Shown here piece after piece: positions 48,493 through 59,405 of a stretch of 64,000 nucleotides of DNA. A program made the position numbers and the translations under genes. Numbering within the stretch: position 1 is the stretch's first letter; every line of letters begins with the position of its first letter. The notes under the pieces are model-generated. The model saw nothing but the letters and a program-made list of their open reading frames with translations, did not search any database and was not told the origin of the DNA. This DNA comes from Candidatus Oxydemutatoraceae bacterium (lineage in GTDB: Bacteria; Pseudomonadota; Gammaproteobacteria; Poriferisulfidales; Oxydemutatoraceae): the NCBI GenBank assembly GCA_965220085.1, contig CBDCOZ010000002.1, positions 32,001 to 96,000 of the forward strand, read 5' to 3'.

Positions 48493-48990
48493 ATGTTGCG
48501 AGCGCTCTATCGGGCGTTCCCCGGACGCAAGACGTTTAAGACGGCGGAGGGCGCCGGTCATGCCGGCTTGATCCGCCGAGTCGGCGACGAATACTGGCGG
48601 TGGATGCGGGAGTTCGTCGCGCAATGACGCGGCGCGTGTGAAATGTTGCGAGCACTCTATCAGGCGTTCTAATCGCGCCCTTTTTGAGCGGCAAGGCGAT
48701 GGCCGAACGGCGCGGGCTGGGGCGGGCGCCGGGGCTCGGTCGTCCGTTTGATTCGGTGAACAAGGTGGCGCATATCACCGCGCCGACGCTGTTCATTCAC
48801 GGCGCCGAGGCTGCGATCGTGCCGTATGAGCAGGGCTACGCGCTCTATCGGGCGTTCCCGGGAAACAAGACGTTTAAGAAGGCGGAGAGCGCCGGGCACA
48901 CCGGCTTGATTCGCCAAGTCGGCGACGAATACTGGCGGCGGATGCGGGAGTTCGTCGCGCAATAGTCGGTCGCGTGTAAAATGTTGCGAT
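48493..48990 (+). repeat. Two diverged partial copies of the hydrolase 3' end
   Basis: Copies encoding ..GDEYWR.MREFVAQ-stop end at ~48627 and 48965. Confidence 0.9.
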
Positions 48991-49016
48991 AGGAGCATTA
49001 AACCGGAGGGGGTACG

Positions 49017-50051
49017 ATGGAATACAGACAACTTGGAACTACGGACCTTCGCGTCAGCGTCATTTGTCTTGGCACGATGACGTGGGGCGAGCAGAACGAC
49101 GAGCGCGAGGGGCACGCGCAACTGGATTACGCGCTGGAGCGCGGCATCAATTTTATTGACACCGCCGAGATGTATCCGGTGCCGCCGTGCGCGGAAACGC
49201 AGGGGCGCACCGAGGCGATCATCGGCAACTGGCTTGCCAAGCGATCGGATCGCGATCAGTTGATTATCGCGAGCAAAGTATCCGGCCCCGGCATGCAGGA
49301 GTATCTGCGCGGCGGGCCGAAACTGGCGCGCGACCATCTGGAGCGGGCGCTGGCCGACAGCCTGACGCGGTTGCAGACCGATTACATAGACCTCTATCAG
49401 GTGCATTGGCCGGCGCGGCATACCAACTTCTTCGGGCGCTTGGGCTATACGCACGCCGATGATTCGGAGGCGACGCCGATTGCGGAGACTTTGGCGGCGC
49501 TGGATGAGATGGTCGCGGCGGGGAAGGTGCGCCACATCGGCATCTCCAACGAGACGGCGTGGGGGACTATGCATTGGGTGCGGCTTGCCGAGCAACATGG
49601 TCAGGCGCGCATCGTCTCGGTGCAGAATCCTTATAACCTGCTCAACCGCACCTTTGAGGTCGGCTTGGCGGAGGTGGCGCACCGCGAACATGTCGGGTTG
49701 CTCGCTTATTCGCCGCTGGGGTTTGGGGCGCTGAGCGGAAAATATCTCGGCGGGCGGAAGCCGCCGAAGGCGCGCCTGACCTTGTTTGAGCAGTTCAAAC
49801 GCTATACGAGCGCGCTCGGGGAGGAGGCGACGCGCCGCTATGTCGATGTCGCGCGCGCGGCCGGGCTGGACCCGGCGCAGATGGCGCTGGCGTATGTCAA
49901 TACGCGGTCTTTTTTGACCGCCAATATCATCGGGGCGACGACGATGGAACAACTTGCCGATGACATTGCGAGCGCGGAGGTCGCGCTGTCCGATGATGTG
50001 CTGGATCAAATAGAGGAGATTCATACCGCCATTCCCAATCCCAGCCCCTGA
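49017..50051 (+). CDS. tas: NADP(H)-dependent aldo-keto reductase Tas
   Basis: LGTMTWGEQN, NFIDTAEMYPVP, IDLYQVHWP, SNET.WG, QNPYNLLNR. Confidence 0.93.
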   Translation: MEYRQLGTTDLRVSVICLGTMTWGEQNDEREGHAQLDYALERGINFIDTAEMYPVPPCAETQGRTEAIIGNWLAKRSDRDQLIIASKVSGPGMQEYLRGGPKLARDHLERALADSLTRLQTDYIDLYQVHWPARHTNFFGRLGYTHADDSEATPIAETLAALDEMVAAGKVRHIGISNETAWGTMHWVRLAEQHGQARIVSVQNPYNLLNRTFEVGLAEVAHREHVGLLAYSPLGFGALSGKYLGGRKPPKARLTLFEQFKRYTSALGEEATRRYVDVARAAGLDPAQMALAYVNTRSFLTANIIGATTMEQLADDIASAEVALSDDVLDQIEEIHTAIPNPSP

Positions 50052-51010
50052 TGCCGTACCCCGACATCAGGCCGGAGCATCATCGCGCCGAGGGCGACGG
50101 GCGTATCGTTAGCATCGCGCTGAACGGCGGCGCCGAGGGGGGCGCTGTGGCGCTTGGGCCGGAACTTTTGAACGGCGTTGGAAGGCAGTTTGAAAACTGG
50201 TATGCGACGCCCGCCGCGCCGGTGCGCGCGCATGAGAGCGGCGTGCGCTATGCGGCGAACGCGGACATGGCCTGCGGGTTTTTGCCGCTGCGGCGGGGGC
50301 AGCCGGTGGCCGAGACGACCGCGCGGTTTTATCGGGCGCTGTTTGCGATTCTCAAAGAGTGCGGCGACTTCGCGCCGCTTCGGGTCTGGCATTACCTGCC
50401 GGATTTGAGCGGCGCGGGCGAGCCGACGCCGTATCGGATGTTTTGCCGCGCGCGGGCGGCTGTCATCGGCGCGGTGAGTCCCGGGATGCTGTGCGCGGCG
50501 ACTGTCATCGGCAGCGGCGCGGAGCACGGCCTGCTGTATTTTCTGGGCGGCGAGCGGGGCGGGCGCGTGATTGATAACCCGCGCCAGACCAATCCGAGCG
50601 ATTATCCGGCGCAGTATGGCGACCCGCCGCCGCTGTTTGCGCGCGCCGTGTTGCACCGCAGCGCTGCTGCCTGCCGACTGTATATCTCAGGCACCGCGAG
50701 CATCGTCGGCCATCGCTCGTGCCATGCGGGCGACGCTGTGGCGCAACTGGATGAGGTGGCCGACAACCTGCAGGCGTTGCTGGCGGCTGCGGCTGAGGCG
50801 GAACCCGCGTTTGCCGACAAGACCTTGCGCGACCTGCGCAGCGCCCGCCTCTACCTGAAGCGCCGCGCGGATTATGACGCTGTTGCCCGCGCCTTGCCCG
50901 CCCGCTTCGGTGCGCTGCCTGACCTCAAAATCTTTCGCGGCGAGATCTGCCGCCCCGAGTTGCTGGCGGAGATGGAGGGGATGATTGAGCAGCGGCGGGA
51001 GGGGACGTGA
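50051..51010 (+). CDS. FkbO/Hyg5/XanB2-like chorismatase (pteridine-dependent deoxygenase-like)
   Basis: R.W.Y, Y..FC.AR, NPRQ...YP.QYG..PP.FARA, ISGTASIVGH, ICRPELL.E.EG. Confidence 0.8.
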   Translation: MPYPDIRPEHHRAEGDGRIVSIALNGGAEGGAVALGPELLNGVGRQFENWYATPAAPVRAHESGVRYAANADMACGFLPLRRGQPVAETTARFYRALFAILKECGDFAPLRVWHYLPDLSGAGEPTPYRMFCRARAAVIGAVSPGMLCAATVIGSGAEHGLLYFLGGERGGRVIDNPRQTNPSDYPAQYGDPPPLFARAVLHRSAAACRLYISGTASIVGHRSCHAGDAVAQLDEVADNLQALLAAAAEAEPAFADKTLRDLRSARLYLKRRADYDAVARALPARFGALPDLKIFRGEICRPELLAEMEGMIEQRREGT

Positions 51011-51620
51011 TGCGGTGCGCGGATTATGACGCTGTTACCCGCGCCCTGCCCGCCCGCTTCGGTGCGCTGCCGAATCTTAAAATCTTTCGCGGCGAGATCT
51101 GCCGCCCCGAACTGCTGGCGGAGATGGAGGGGATGATTGAGTGCTGGCGGGAGGGGGCGTGATGCGGTGCGCGGATTATGACGCTGTTGCCCGCGCCTTG
51201 CCCGCCCGCTTCGGTGCGTTGCCGGAGCTTAAAACCTTTCGCGGCGAGATCTGCCGCCCCGAGTTGCTGGCGGAGATGGAGGGGATGATCGAGCAACGGC
51301 GGGATGTGATGCGGTGTGCGGATTATGACGCTGTTCCCCGCGCCTTGCCCGCCTGCTTCGGTGCGTTGCCGGAACTTAAAATCTTTCGCGGCGAGATCTG
51401 CCGCCCCGAACTGCTGGTGGAGATGGAAGGGATGATCGAGCACCGCCGGGAGGGGACGTGATGCGGTGCGCGGATTATGACGCTGTTACCCGCGCCTTGC
51501 CCGCCCGCTTCGGTGCGCTGCCGGAACTTAAAATCTTTCGCGGCGAGATCTGCCGCCCCGAACTGCTGGTGGAGATGGAAGGGATGATCGAGCACCGCCG
51601 GGAGGGGACGTGATGCGGTG
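50866..51620 (+). repeat. ~152-bp tandem array of the chorismatase 3' end (gene copy plus 4)
   Basis: GCGGATTATGACGCTGTT...GAGATGGA.GGGATGAT.GAG...GTGATGCGGT repeated five times. Confidence 0.95.
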
Positions 51621-51706
51621 CGGTGTGCGAGAGATTTGCGATGCCACATGCCATGACCGTTGTCACCGAGTTGGGGTGATGCGGTGCGCCCGACGGGGGG
51701 CTTGCG

Positions 51707-52522
51707 ATGCCTGAGTTGCCGGAGGTTGAAACGACTCGGCGCGGCATCACGCCGCATCTTGCGGGCAAGCACATCGGCGAGGCGGTCGTGCGCCAGCACC
51801 GCTTGCGCTTGCCGGTGACGCGCGGGCTCGCCGGCAAGGTCGGCGGGCAGCGGGTCGTGCGGGTGTCGCGGCGCGGCAAGTATATTCTGTTGCACTTGCA
51901 ACGCGGCTGCCTGCTCTTTCACCTCGGCATGTCCGGCAGTTTGCGCATCCTGCGAGAGGCGAGCGCGCCCGCCGCTCACGACCATCTGGACATCGTGATG
52001 AAGAACGGAACCGTCATGCGCTTTCGCGACCCGCGCCGCTTCGGTACCGTCCTGTGGCTGGCGGGCGACCCGTTGCGGCACAAGTTGCTGGCGCGCCTTG
52101 GGCCCGAACCGCTGGGCGACGAGTTCACCGGCGCGCATCTGCACCGCGCGGCGCAGGGGCGGCGCACGGCGGTGAAGAATCTGATTATGGACTCGCATGT
52201 CGTCGTCGGTGTCGGCAACATTTACGCGAGCGAGGCGCTGTTTGCGGCGGGCATCCATCCGGCGCGACCGGCGTGTCGCATCTCAAAGCCTCGCTACGAG
52301 CGACTTGCGGATGCCATCCGCGATGTGCTGGCGGAAGCAATCGCCGCCGGCGGAACTACGCTGCGCGACTTCATGCGCGAGGACGGGCGGCCCGGATACT
52401 TCAGTGTGAAGCTGTCGGTCTATCATCGTGCGGGAGAGGCGTGCCCGGTTTGTGCGACGCCGATTGCCAAGCGTGTCATCGGCCAGCGCGCGAGTTTTTA
52501 TTGTTCGCGTTGCCAGCGCTGA
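51707..52522 (+). CDS. mutM: Formamidopyrimidine-DNA glycosylase
   Basis: MPELPEVET, RRGKY, HLGMSG, DPRRFG, GVGNIYA.E, C-terminal zinc finger. Confidence 0.98.
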   Translation: MPELPEVETTRRGITPHLAGKHIGEAVVRQHRLRLPVTRGLAGKVGGQRVVRVSRRGKYILLHLQRGCLLFHLGMSGSLRILREASAPAAHDHLDIVMKNGTVMRFRDPRRFGTVLWLAGDPLRHKLLARLGPEPLGDEFTGAHLHRAAQGRRTAVKNLIMDSHVVVGVGNIYASEALFAAGIHPARPACRISKPRYERLADAIRDVLAEAIAAGGTTLRDFMREDGRPGYFSVKLSVYHRAGEACPVCATPIAKRVIGQRASFYCSRCQR

Positions 52523-52686
52523 TGAGGGGCGCAAGGCGGAATTTTATGAGTGTTCCTAAATTAGTATTCGTTAATTCTTTTTCTCTTCCGTCATCCCATC
52601 GTTATATTTGGGAATGAAGGGAATCTCAATTCCCGAATCGGGATTGGACTTTGCGTCTATCCGGACAACCGAGGACCACGGAAGCG

Positions 52687-53379
52687 TCAAAGCAAACCGT
52701 TCTCCGAATCGTAGGCATAAACAAAGTCATGGCTGTTCCTCAATAATATCAATTGTTTTTTCTGAACAGTTTTCCCCGTCATTAAAAATACGCTTGCGGT
52801 TTCTTTCTCGGCAATGGTATCGCCAGCAGCTTCACGCCCCAACACATAGGGCTGTAGAAGAAAAAACACGGGAGCAAAATAGCAAAATAAGAAGAGAGGG
52901 ACATTTCGGGGTGCCCGCGGATGATTGAATGCCCAGTTAATAAAGTAGTGCCACGCTACAAAAACAAAAAGGAAAAGAAGCATCGGCGGAACTTTCCCAA
53001 AGCGATATGCCACCGTTCCCACAGCCAGCACAATCATAATGGGCAAGAAAATATCTGTCCCCCTCCAAATAAGCTTAGTGAATCGGGGGAATGGCGATCC
53101 TCGAATGAGCTCATCTTCGCTCTTGTACCCTTCTGCCCTGCGGCCAAACGCGATAAGTGTGACCGTGCCAATTATCACTATAATGAGACCCTCAACCCAT
53201 GCCAAGCTCCCCACTATGTCGGCAGACGAAATCGGAATTTCCCTAAGGGACACATCAAGCGCACTCCAAAATCCCCATTCCCAGAAAAAGGAATAACCTA
53301 GGGACAAAGCGCCAAGTAAGGCGATCCACTCAACGATGGATAGCCTCGCAAACAGTGTTGAACCGGATTTTTCCGCCAT
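52687..53379 (-). CDS. Hypothetical multi-pass membrane protein
   Basis: Several TM segments; GGAGG RBS; C-terminus possibly frameshift-truncated (an adjacent frame continues LTLPWSSVVRID). Confidence 0.6.
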   Translation of the reverse strand: MAEKSGSTLFARLSIVEWIALLGALSLGYSFFWEWGFWSALDVSLREIPISSADIVGSLAWVEGLIIVIIGTVTLIAFGRRAEGYKSEDELIRGSPFPRFTKLIWRGTDIFLPIMIVLAVGTVAYRFGKVPPMLLFLFVFVAWHYFINWAFNHPRAPRNVPLFLFCYFAPVFFLLQPYVLGREAAGDTIAEKETASVFLMTGKTVQKKQLILLRNSHDFVYAYDSENGLL

Positions 53380-53456
53380 CTCGCGCCTCCCGTTACAAAA
53401 GCGCTATGGCTTTTTGATACTGCCCCGCATGGAGTGCGCATGCGGCGCGGGTTGTT

Positions 53457-54917
53457 TCATTGCTTGTTATCCTTCGGGTATGCCAGCGCCAGACAGCGCT
53501 CGGCAATCACCTTGAGCTTTTTGCTGAGGGGGTTTTTGTTGGCAGGCACGCGGGCGGCGATGATGTTTGTTAGGCCCCGCACCCCGTCTCGCGTGTACCA
53601 CACGGCGATAATAATAAGCGCAAAGCCCAGCGCCGTATCCAGCAACGCGTCTGTCCACGGCCCTTCGTTGAGGGATAGCTGAAGCAGCCAATAACCGCCC
53701 GCAACCACGATGGCGCCGACATAGCCCGCTACGAGCGCGGTGAGCGCGACCCAAGCGCAGATGTTGCCGGTATGTTTTAGTATGCGTTTGGCGTTGCTTC
53801 CTTCGTCGTAGCCGCGGAGGGCTTTTTGGCGTTGTTTTAGCTCGGCTTTGGCAGCCTCTCTGTTGTCGTAAGCCGGAGTGTATTCCGGGTCTATCTTCAG
53901 GGCCTTGCTGTAGTCTTTGATGGCGTCTTGGTATCGTTGTATCCTCGCTTTGCAGGTGCCTCTGATGTTGTAATTCGAGGCATCTTTCGGGTCGCGCTCT
54001 AGGGCTTTGTCAAAGTCTTTGATGGCCGCTCGGTATTGTTTGAGCGCGGTGTTGGCGGTGCCTCTGTTGCTGTATGTTTCGGCATCGTCCGCTCCAAGCT
54101 CTATCGCTTTGTCAAAGTCTTTGACGGCTGCTCGGTATTGTTTTAGCACGGTGTTGACGGCGCCTCTGTTGCTGTACGTCTCGGCATCGTTCGGGTCAAA
54201 CTCTATCGCTTTGTCGAAGTCTTTGATGGCCGCTCGGTATTGTCTTAGACTGATTTTGATGAGGGCTCTGTTGTTGTAAGGCGCGGCATCTTGCAGACAA
54301 AGTTCTGTGGCTTTGTCGAAGTCTTTGATGGCTTCTTGGTATTGTTTTAGCCTGCTTTTGCAGGTGCCTCGGTTGCTGTATGCCGCGGCGTATTCCGGGT
54401 TGATCTCCAGAGCCTTGTCGTAGTCTTGGAGGGCTTCTTGGTATTGCCTTGTCGCGGCTTTGACAATGCCTCTGCAGTTGTACGCCTTGGCGTATTCGGG
54501 GTTAATCTCAATGGCTTTGTCGTAGTCTTGGATGGCTTCTTCGTATTGTTTTAGCGAGGCTTTGGAGGCGCCTCTGTTGATGCAGGCTGTGGCATCCTCC
54601 GGATCAATTTCTATGGCTTTGTCGAAGTCTTTGATGGCCTCTTGGTGCTGTTCCAGATCGGCTTTGGCGAGGCCTCTGTTGTTGTAAACCACGGCATTTT
54701 CCATGTTGATTTCCAGAGCGATGCCGTAGTCTGCGACGGCCTCTTGGTATTTTTTTTGCTCGGTTTTGTCGGTGCCTTTGCTGTTGTACGCCTTGGCGTT
54801 TTTCAGATTGATCTCTATGGCTTGATCGAAGAGTCGGATGGCCTCTTGGTACTGCTCCGCACCGTAGGCTTTGTTTCCCCGTTCAAAAAGAGCGCGGCTT
54901 TTTTCGTCTTTGAACAT
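53457..54917 (-). CDS. TPR-repeat protein with C-terminal 2-TM domain (TPR-1)
   Basis: About 10 34-aa AY.NRG..K..L.QY..AI.D.DKAIE..P repeats and two hydrophobic helices; no signal peptide. Confidence 0.9.
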   Translation of the reverse strand: MFKDEKSRALFERGNKAYGAEQYQEAIRLFDQAIEINLKNAKAYNSKGTDKTEQKKYQEAVADYGIALEINMENAVVYNNRGLAKADLEQHQEAIKDFDKAIEIDPEDATACINRGASKASLKQYEEAIQDYDKAIEINPEYAKAYNCRGIVKAATRQYQEALQDYDKALEINPEYAAAYSNRGTCKSRLKQYQEAIKDFDKATELCLQDAAPYNNRALIKISLRQYRAAIKDFDKAIEFDPNDAETYSNRGAVNTVLKQYRAAVKDFDKAIELGADDAETYSNRGTANTALKQYRAAIKDFDKALERDPKDASNYNIRGTCKARIQRYQDAIKDYSKALKIDPEYTPAYDNREAAKAELKQRQKALRGYDEGSNAKRILKHTGNICAWVALTALVAGYVGAIVVAGGYWLLQLSLNEGPWTDALLDTALGFALIIIAVWYTRDGVRGLTNIIAARVPANKNPLSKKLKVIAERCLALAYPKDNKQ

Positions 54918-55218
54918 TTGAATACCTCCTGAGGTCAGCAGGCGCTACCGGCGGCGGTCGGCGCCGCGCATTTGTAGCGCGATTAATTATGGCGGCTAAT
55001 TGTACCACCAGTAATGTGCCTGTCGGCAAGCGCATATGACGAACGGCAAAAGTGAGGGTTTATAAGCCGTAGCGCCGCAATTTGCTTGGCGGCGAGTGGC
55101 CGCGGTCGCCTGCAAAAGTGAGATGTTATAGCCCGCCGCGATCGCCCAGATTGTCCGAAAAAGCGAGGGTGTCATGACCCGTAGTCGTGCAAGATGCCTG
55201 TTGCCGAGTGCCCAGATT

Positions 55219-55366
55219 ATCCGGACATCGTGATGAAGCGCGGAACCGCTGTGCGCTTTCGTGACTCCCGCCGCTTCGGTATCGTCCTGCGGTTGTCGGG
55301 ATGAAGACTTCGCCGGCGAGCATTTGCAGTGCGCAAGTTTTTATTGTTCCCGCTGCCAGCGCTAGT
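55219..55366 (+). pseudogene. mutM remnant 1
   Basis: Degenerate copy of mutM ~51985-52140 joined to the last ~35 bp of mutM. Confidence 0.8.
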
Positions 55367-55424
55367 GAAGGGAGCGGTATCCGAGGCAGCCCGGCGCTTC
55401 GCTTAGTCGCACAGGCGAACTCTG

Positions 55425-57187
55425 CTACTCGCTATCCGCACCCATGTTGCGGCCAAATGTTTTTGCCCATGTTATTGGACGAGAAAAGTTGCCGGGCGGC
55501 TCTTTGAATGTGCTTTGAATCAAGGCCTCCGGTATGCCACTCGGTGCGAGGAAGGGGTAAAGCGCCGGATCGCTTTTGCCCCCGCTGCGCTCATAGTGTT
55601 TGGTCACAGCCCGCTTGGAGCGGATATCCTCGCGCAGCGCCAGAGCATTAGTTTTGTCTTTGTCCGCCGAATGCGCCCAAAGATAAAACGGCACCAGTAC
55701 CAAAGTAGCCACCACGATAAAGGGAAGGATGCTGTGGGAGCCTTGGTCTTTCATCATTGCAATGCCGACCCATGTTGCCACACCGTAGAGGATTATAGAA
55801 GCAATAATCAAACATATTATAGAGTAGCGATGATACTTGGCTTTCGATTTATGGTCTTCTTCCATCTCTTCCATAATGGCATCGTAATCTGATGTTTCGC
55901 CTATGGCTTTTTCTGCGGCGCTCGGCTTGTCTTGCGACTCTCCCTCAAACTTTTGTTGTTGCTCCTTTAACTGTTCTTCATATTTTTGCGTTATTTTTTT
56001 CTGTTTGTCTTGTGTCAATAATAGTGTTTGTGCTACCGCTCTGTTGTGGATTGCATCAGAGAAACCCGGGTTAAGCTCTAGGGCCTTATCGTAGTCTTGA
56101 ATGGCTTCTCTGTATTGCTCTAACGTAACTTTGGTGGCGCCTCTGTTGTTGTAAGCATCGGCATATTCCGGGTTAAGCTCTATGGCCTTATCGTAGTCTT
56201 GGATGGCCTCTTGGTATTGTTTTAGATCAGCTTTGGCAATGCCTCTGTTGTTGTAAGCCTCGGCATCTTCCGGGTTGAGCTCTATGACCTTATCGTAGTC
56301 TTGGATGGCTTCTCGGTATTGCTTTAGCTTGGTTTCGGCACCTTTCGGGTTAGGCTCTATGGTCATATCGCAGTCTTGGATGGCTTTTTAGTATTGTTTC
56401 AGAAACGCTTTGGCGGCGACTCTGTTGTTGTAAGCATCGGCATATTCCGGGTTGGGCTCTAGGCTAGGGCCTTATCGTAGTCTTGAATGGTTTCTCTGTA
56501 TTGCTCTAACGTAACTTTGGTGGCGCCTCTGTTGTTGTAAGCATCGGCATATTCCGGGTTAAGTTGTATGGCCTTATCGTAGTCCCGGATGGCTTCTTGG
56601 TATTGTTTTAGCCTGGCTTTGGCGACCCCTCTGCTGTTGTAAGCCTCGGCATATTTTGGGTTGAGTTGTATGGCCTTATCGTAGTCTTGGATGGCTTCTT
56701 GGTGTTGTTTTAGCTTAGTTTTGGCAAGGCCCCTGTTGGTGTAAGTTTGGGCATTGTCCGGTTCAATCTCTATGGCTTTGTCGTAGTCTCGGATGGCATC
56801 TTGGTATTGTTCTAGCGCGGCTTTGGCGACCCCTCTGTTGTTGTAAGCATCGGCAAGTTTTGGGTTAATCTCTATGGCTTTGTCGTAGTCTCGGATGGCG
56901 TCTTGGTATTGTTCTAGCGCGGCTTTGGCGTTGCCTCTGTTGTTGTAAAGATAATGGAGCAAGGTGAGTTCCGGCTTAAGCGCCAAAGCTTTGTCGTAGT
57001 CTTGGATGGCTTCTTGGTATTGTTTTAGCGCGGCTTTGGCGTCGCCCCGGACACAGTAAGCATCGACATGTTTCGAGTTGCGCGTTATGACCGCATCAAG
57101 AAGTCCTATGACTTCTTGATACTGTCCTGCCATGTAGGCGTCGCATCCTTCCTTAAAAAGATCTTGGTTTGTTTTGTCGTTGGTCAT
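55425..57187 (-). pseudogene. Disrupted TPR-coiled coil-2TM gene (TPR-2)
   Basis: N-terminal ORF MTNDK.. stops at 56459; a degenerate TPR with an in-frame TAA lies near 56390; the C-terminal ORF is 56366-55425. Confidence 0.8.
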
Positions 57188-57371
57188 TTGAATATCCTCC
57201 TGGTTAGCAGGCGTTGCCAGTGGCAACTAGGTAATACGATAATATGGTGGCATTGTACCACCAGTAATGTGTCTGTCGGCGACCGACTATGACGAACGGC
57301 AAAAGTGAGGTGTTATAACCCGCAGCCCCGCAATTTGCTTGGCTCCGAGCGCCCATGCCGACCCGCAAAAG

Positions 57372-57555
57372 TGAGGAAGAACGGAGCCGCTGTGCGCTTT
57401 CGTGACCCGCCGTTTCGGTACCGTCCTGTGGCTGCCGGGCGACCCGTTGCGGCACAAGTTGCCGGTGCCTTGGGCCCGAACCGCCGGGCGAAGGTTTCAC
57501 CGGCGAGCATTTGCGGTGCGCAAGTTTTTATTGTTCTCGCTGCCCGCATTGATGC
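57372..57555 (+). pseudogene. mutM remnant 2
   Basis: Same segment and same internal deletion as remnant 1. Confidence 0.85.
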
Positions 57556-57610
57556 GCGTAGCGGTATCCGAGGCAGCCCGGCACTTCGCTTAGCCGCGCA
57601 AGCGAATCTG

Positions 57611-58392
57611 CTACTTGTTGCCGCCCTTCTTGTCCTCGCTACGGCGGTCAAGCGTTTTCGCTACTGCTTGAACAACGTTGGCGGGTTGCTCTTTGGATGT
57701 GCCTAGAATCAAGGCCGCCGTGCCGCTGTGTGTGTGGTGGTCAAATAGGCGCAGCAATGCTTGATTGCTTTCGCCCTCACTACGTTCGTAGTATGTGGTC
57801 AAAATAGTCAAAGCCCGCTTGGAGCGGGCATCCTCGCGCAGTGCCAGAGCACGAGCTTTGTCTCTGTCCGCCGACCGCACCCGAAGATAAAGCGGCACCA
57901 GCGCCAAAGTGACCACCGTGATAAAGGGAATGATACCGTAGGAATCATAGGAGTCTATCGCAAGCAACCCGCCGACATAAAATATTGCTACCGCACCATA
58001 GAAAAATTTGGATGTGCGAATCAAAACATCAAGAGATTGGGAATGATGATTATCTTTTGATTTATAGTCTGCTTCCATCTCTTTCATGATGGCATCGTAA
58101 TCCAGCGCTTCATCTATAGTTTCTTTTGTGTCTTGCAATCTGGCTTGCAGTTCTTGCTCAAACTTCTGTTTTTGTTCCTTTGGCTGCTCTTCATATTTTT
58201 GCGTTATTTTTTCTGTTTGTCTTGTGTCCATAATAGTGTTTGTGCCACCGCTCTGTTGTGGATTGCATCAGAGAAACCCGGGTTAAGCTCTAAGGCTTTA
58301 TCGTAGTCTTGGATGGCTCCTTCGTACTGCCCTGCATCGCAGGCTTTGTTTCCTCGTTCAAAAAAATCTCGGCTTGTTTTGTCGTCGGCCAT
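57611..58392 (-). pseudogene. Repeat-collapsed, frameshifted TPR-coiled coil-2TM gene (TPR-3)
   Basis: Only ~1-2 TPRs remain; an A6 run (A7 in TPR-2) at ~58207-58212 produces a stop; the C-terminal ORF is nearly identical to that of TPR-4. Confidence 0.8.
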
Positions 58393-59113
58393 TTGAATAC
58401 CCTCTCAGGTTAGCAGGTGCTGCCGGCGGTCAGCGCACCCAAGGCCCGGGCGCAAGCGGCCACCCTCTCGCTCGGCGCCACCCTGTGCGCCGGCCACAGA
58501 GGCGGGCGCAGGGCTTGCGGTTGTTCCGACGCTCTGGGCGGCTTGCGCTGGCGGCGCAGTACGCGCTCGGCGCGCTCGCACTCCGTGCGCAAAGCGGTTG
58601 GCTTGCGCCTCGGATGTGTTTCTGCCGGGGTCGCGCACCGGCCTCACACGGGCGGCGCGGGGGCAAAGTTCCATCGGTCGCTTGCGACCGTTGTAACTTT
58701 GGCCGCCCGTTCATCCGGCGCTTCATGTTTGTGCCACGGAGCGCTGCGGCGCTCAACTCGAAAAGCGCCACAGCATAGACTATGAAGGTTTAAAAAGTTT
58801 CGTTATGCGGTGTCGCTCGTTGTTCGCGCGATGTTACGGGTTGCCGCTCAACTGATCGGCAAAAATAATTTTGTGTCAGTCGAATAACTCTCCGGGTTCC
58901 GTTGCTCGGGTCCGACAACAAGCTTCGCATTGCAAAAAGCGGAGCAGAGCGGCAATGCTTTCGCATGCCACTCTACTCCGGTCGATATCTGAGGAGATGT
59001 ATCGAGTCTTCTGCTCTGTCACGGTGACGAAAGTGTCAACCCACCGGACAGTTTTGTTACGCGCCAGGTGTCAGAGAAACATAGCCCCCGGTGCATAGTT
59101 GCAACTTTTTCAA

Positions 59114-59392
59114 TCACTCCCCAGATCTTGACGCTCGCATTATACGCATACTTGCCCCGCGTGTCATTGTCGACACTTTTGCCGCTTCAGCCGCTTTAGC
59201 CGGTTGCAACAGTATGCGACTAGCCTCTGCCTCGCACTGTTGCAGTTGCACATAATTCATGTCTTCGTGGCAACCGAGATACTGATACACATTGCGCTTG
59301 CCCGAATACATCGGATCCTCCCACCCAACAGCATGACTCGCAACAACAAGCGCAGGCGCAAAAGTCAGGATGATTAAAAGCGCTTTTTTGAT
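59114..59392 (-). CDS. Possible small secreted protein
   Basis: KKALLIILTFAPALVVA signal-like N-terminus after an AAGGAAG RBS, but no ATG; its 5' end is duplicated at ~60160-60215. Confidence 0.35.
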   Translation of the reverse strand: MKKALLIILTFAPALVVASHAVGWEDPMYSGKRNVYQYLGCHEDMNYVQLQQCEAEASRILLQPAKAAEAAKVSTMTRGASMRIMRASRSGE

Positions 59393-59405
59393 ATCAATCT
59401 CTTCC

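Noticed and set aside
58435-59100. Possible genes in the GC-rich spacer
   Set aside because: No recognisable motifs or consistent frame.
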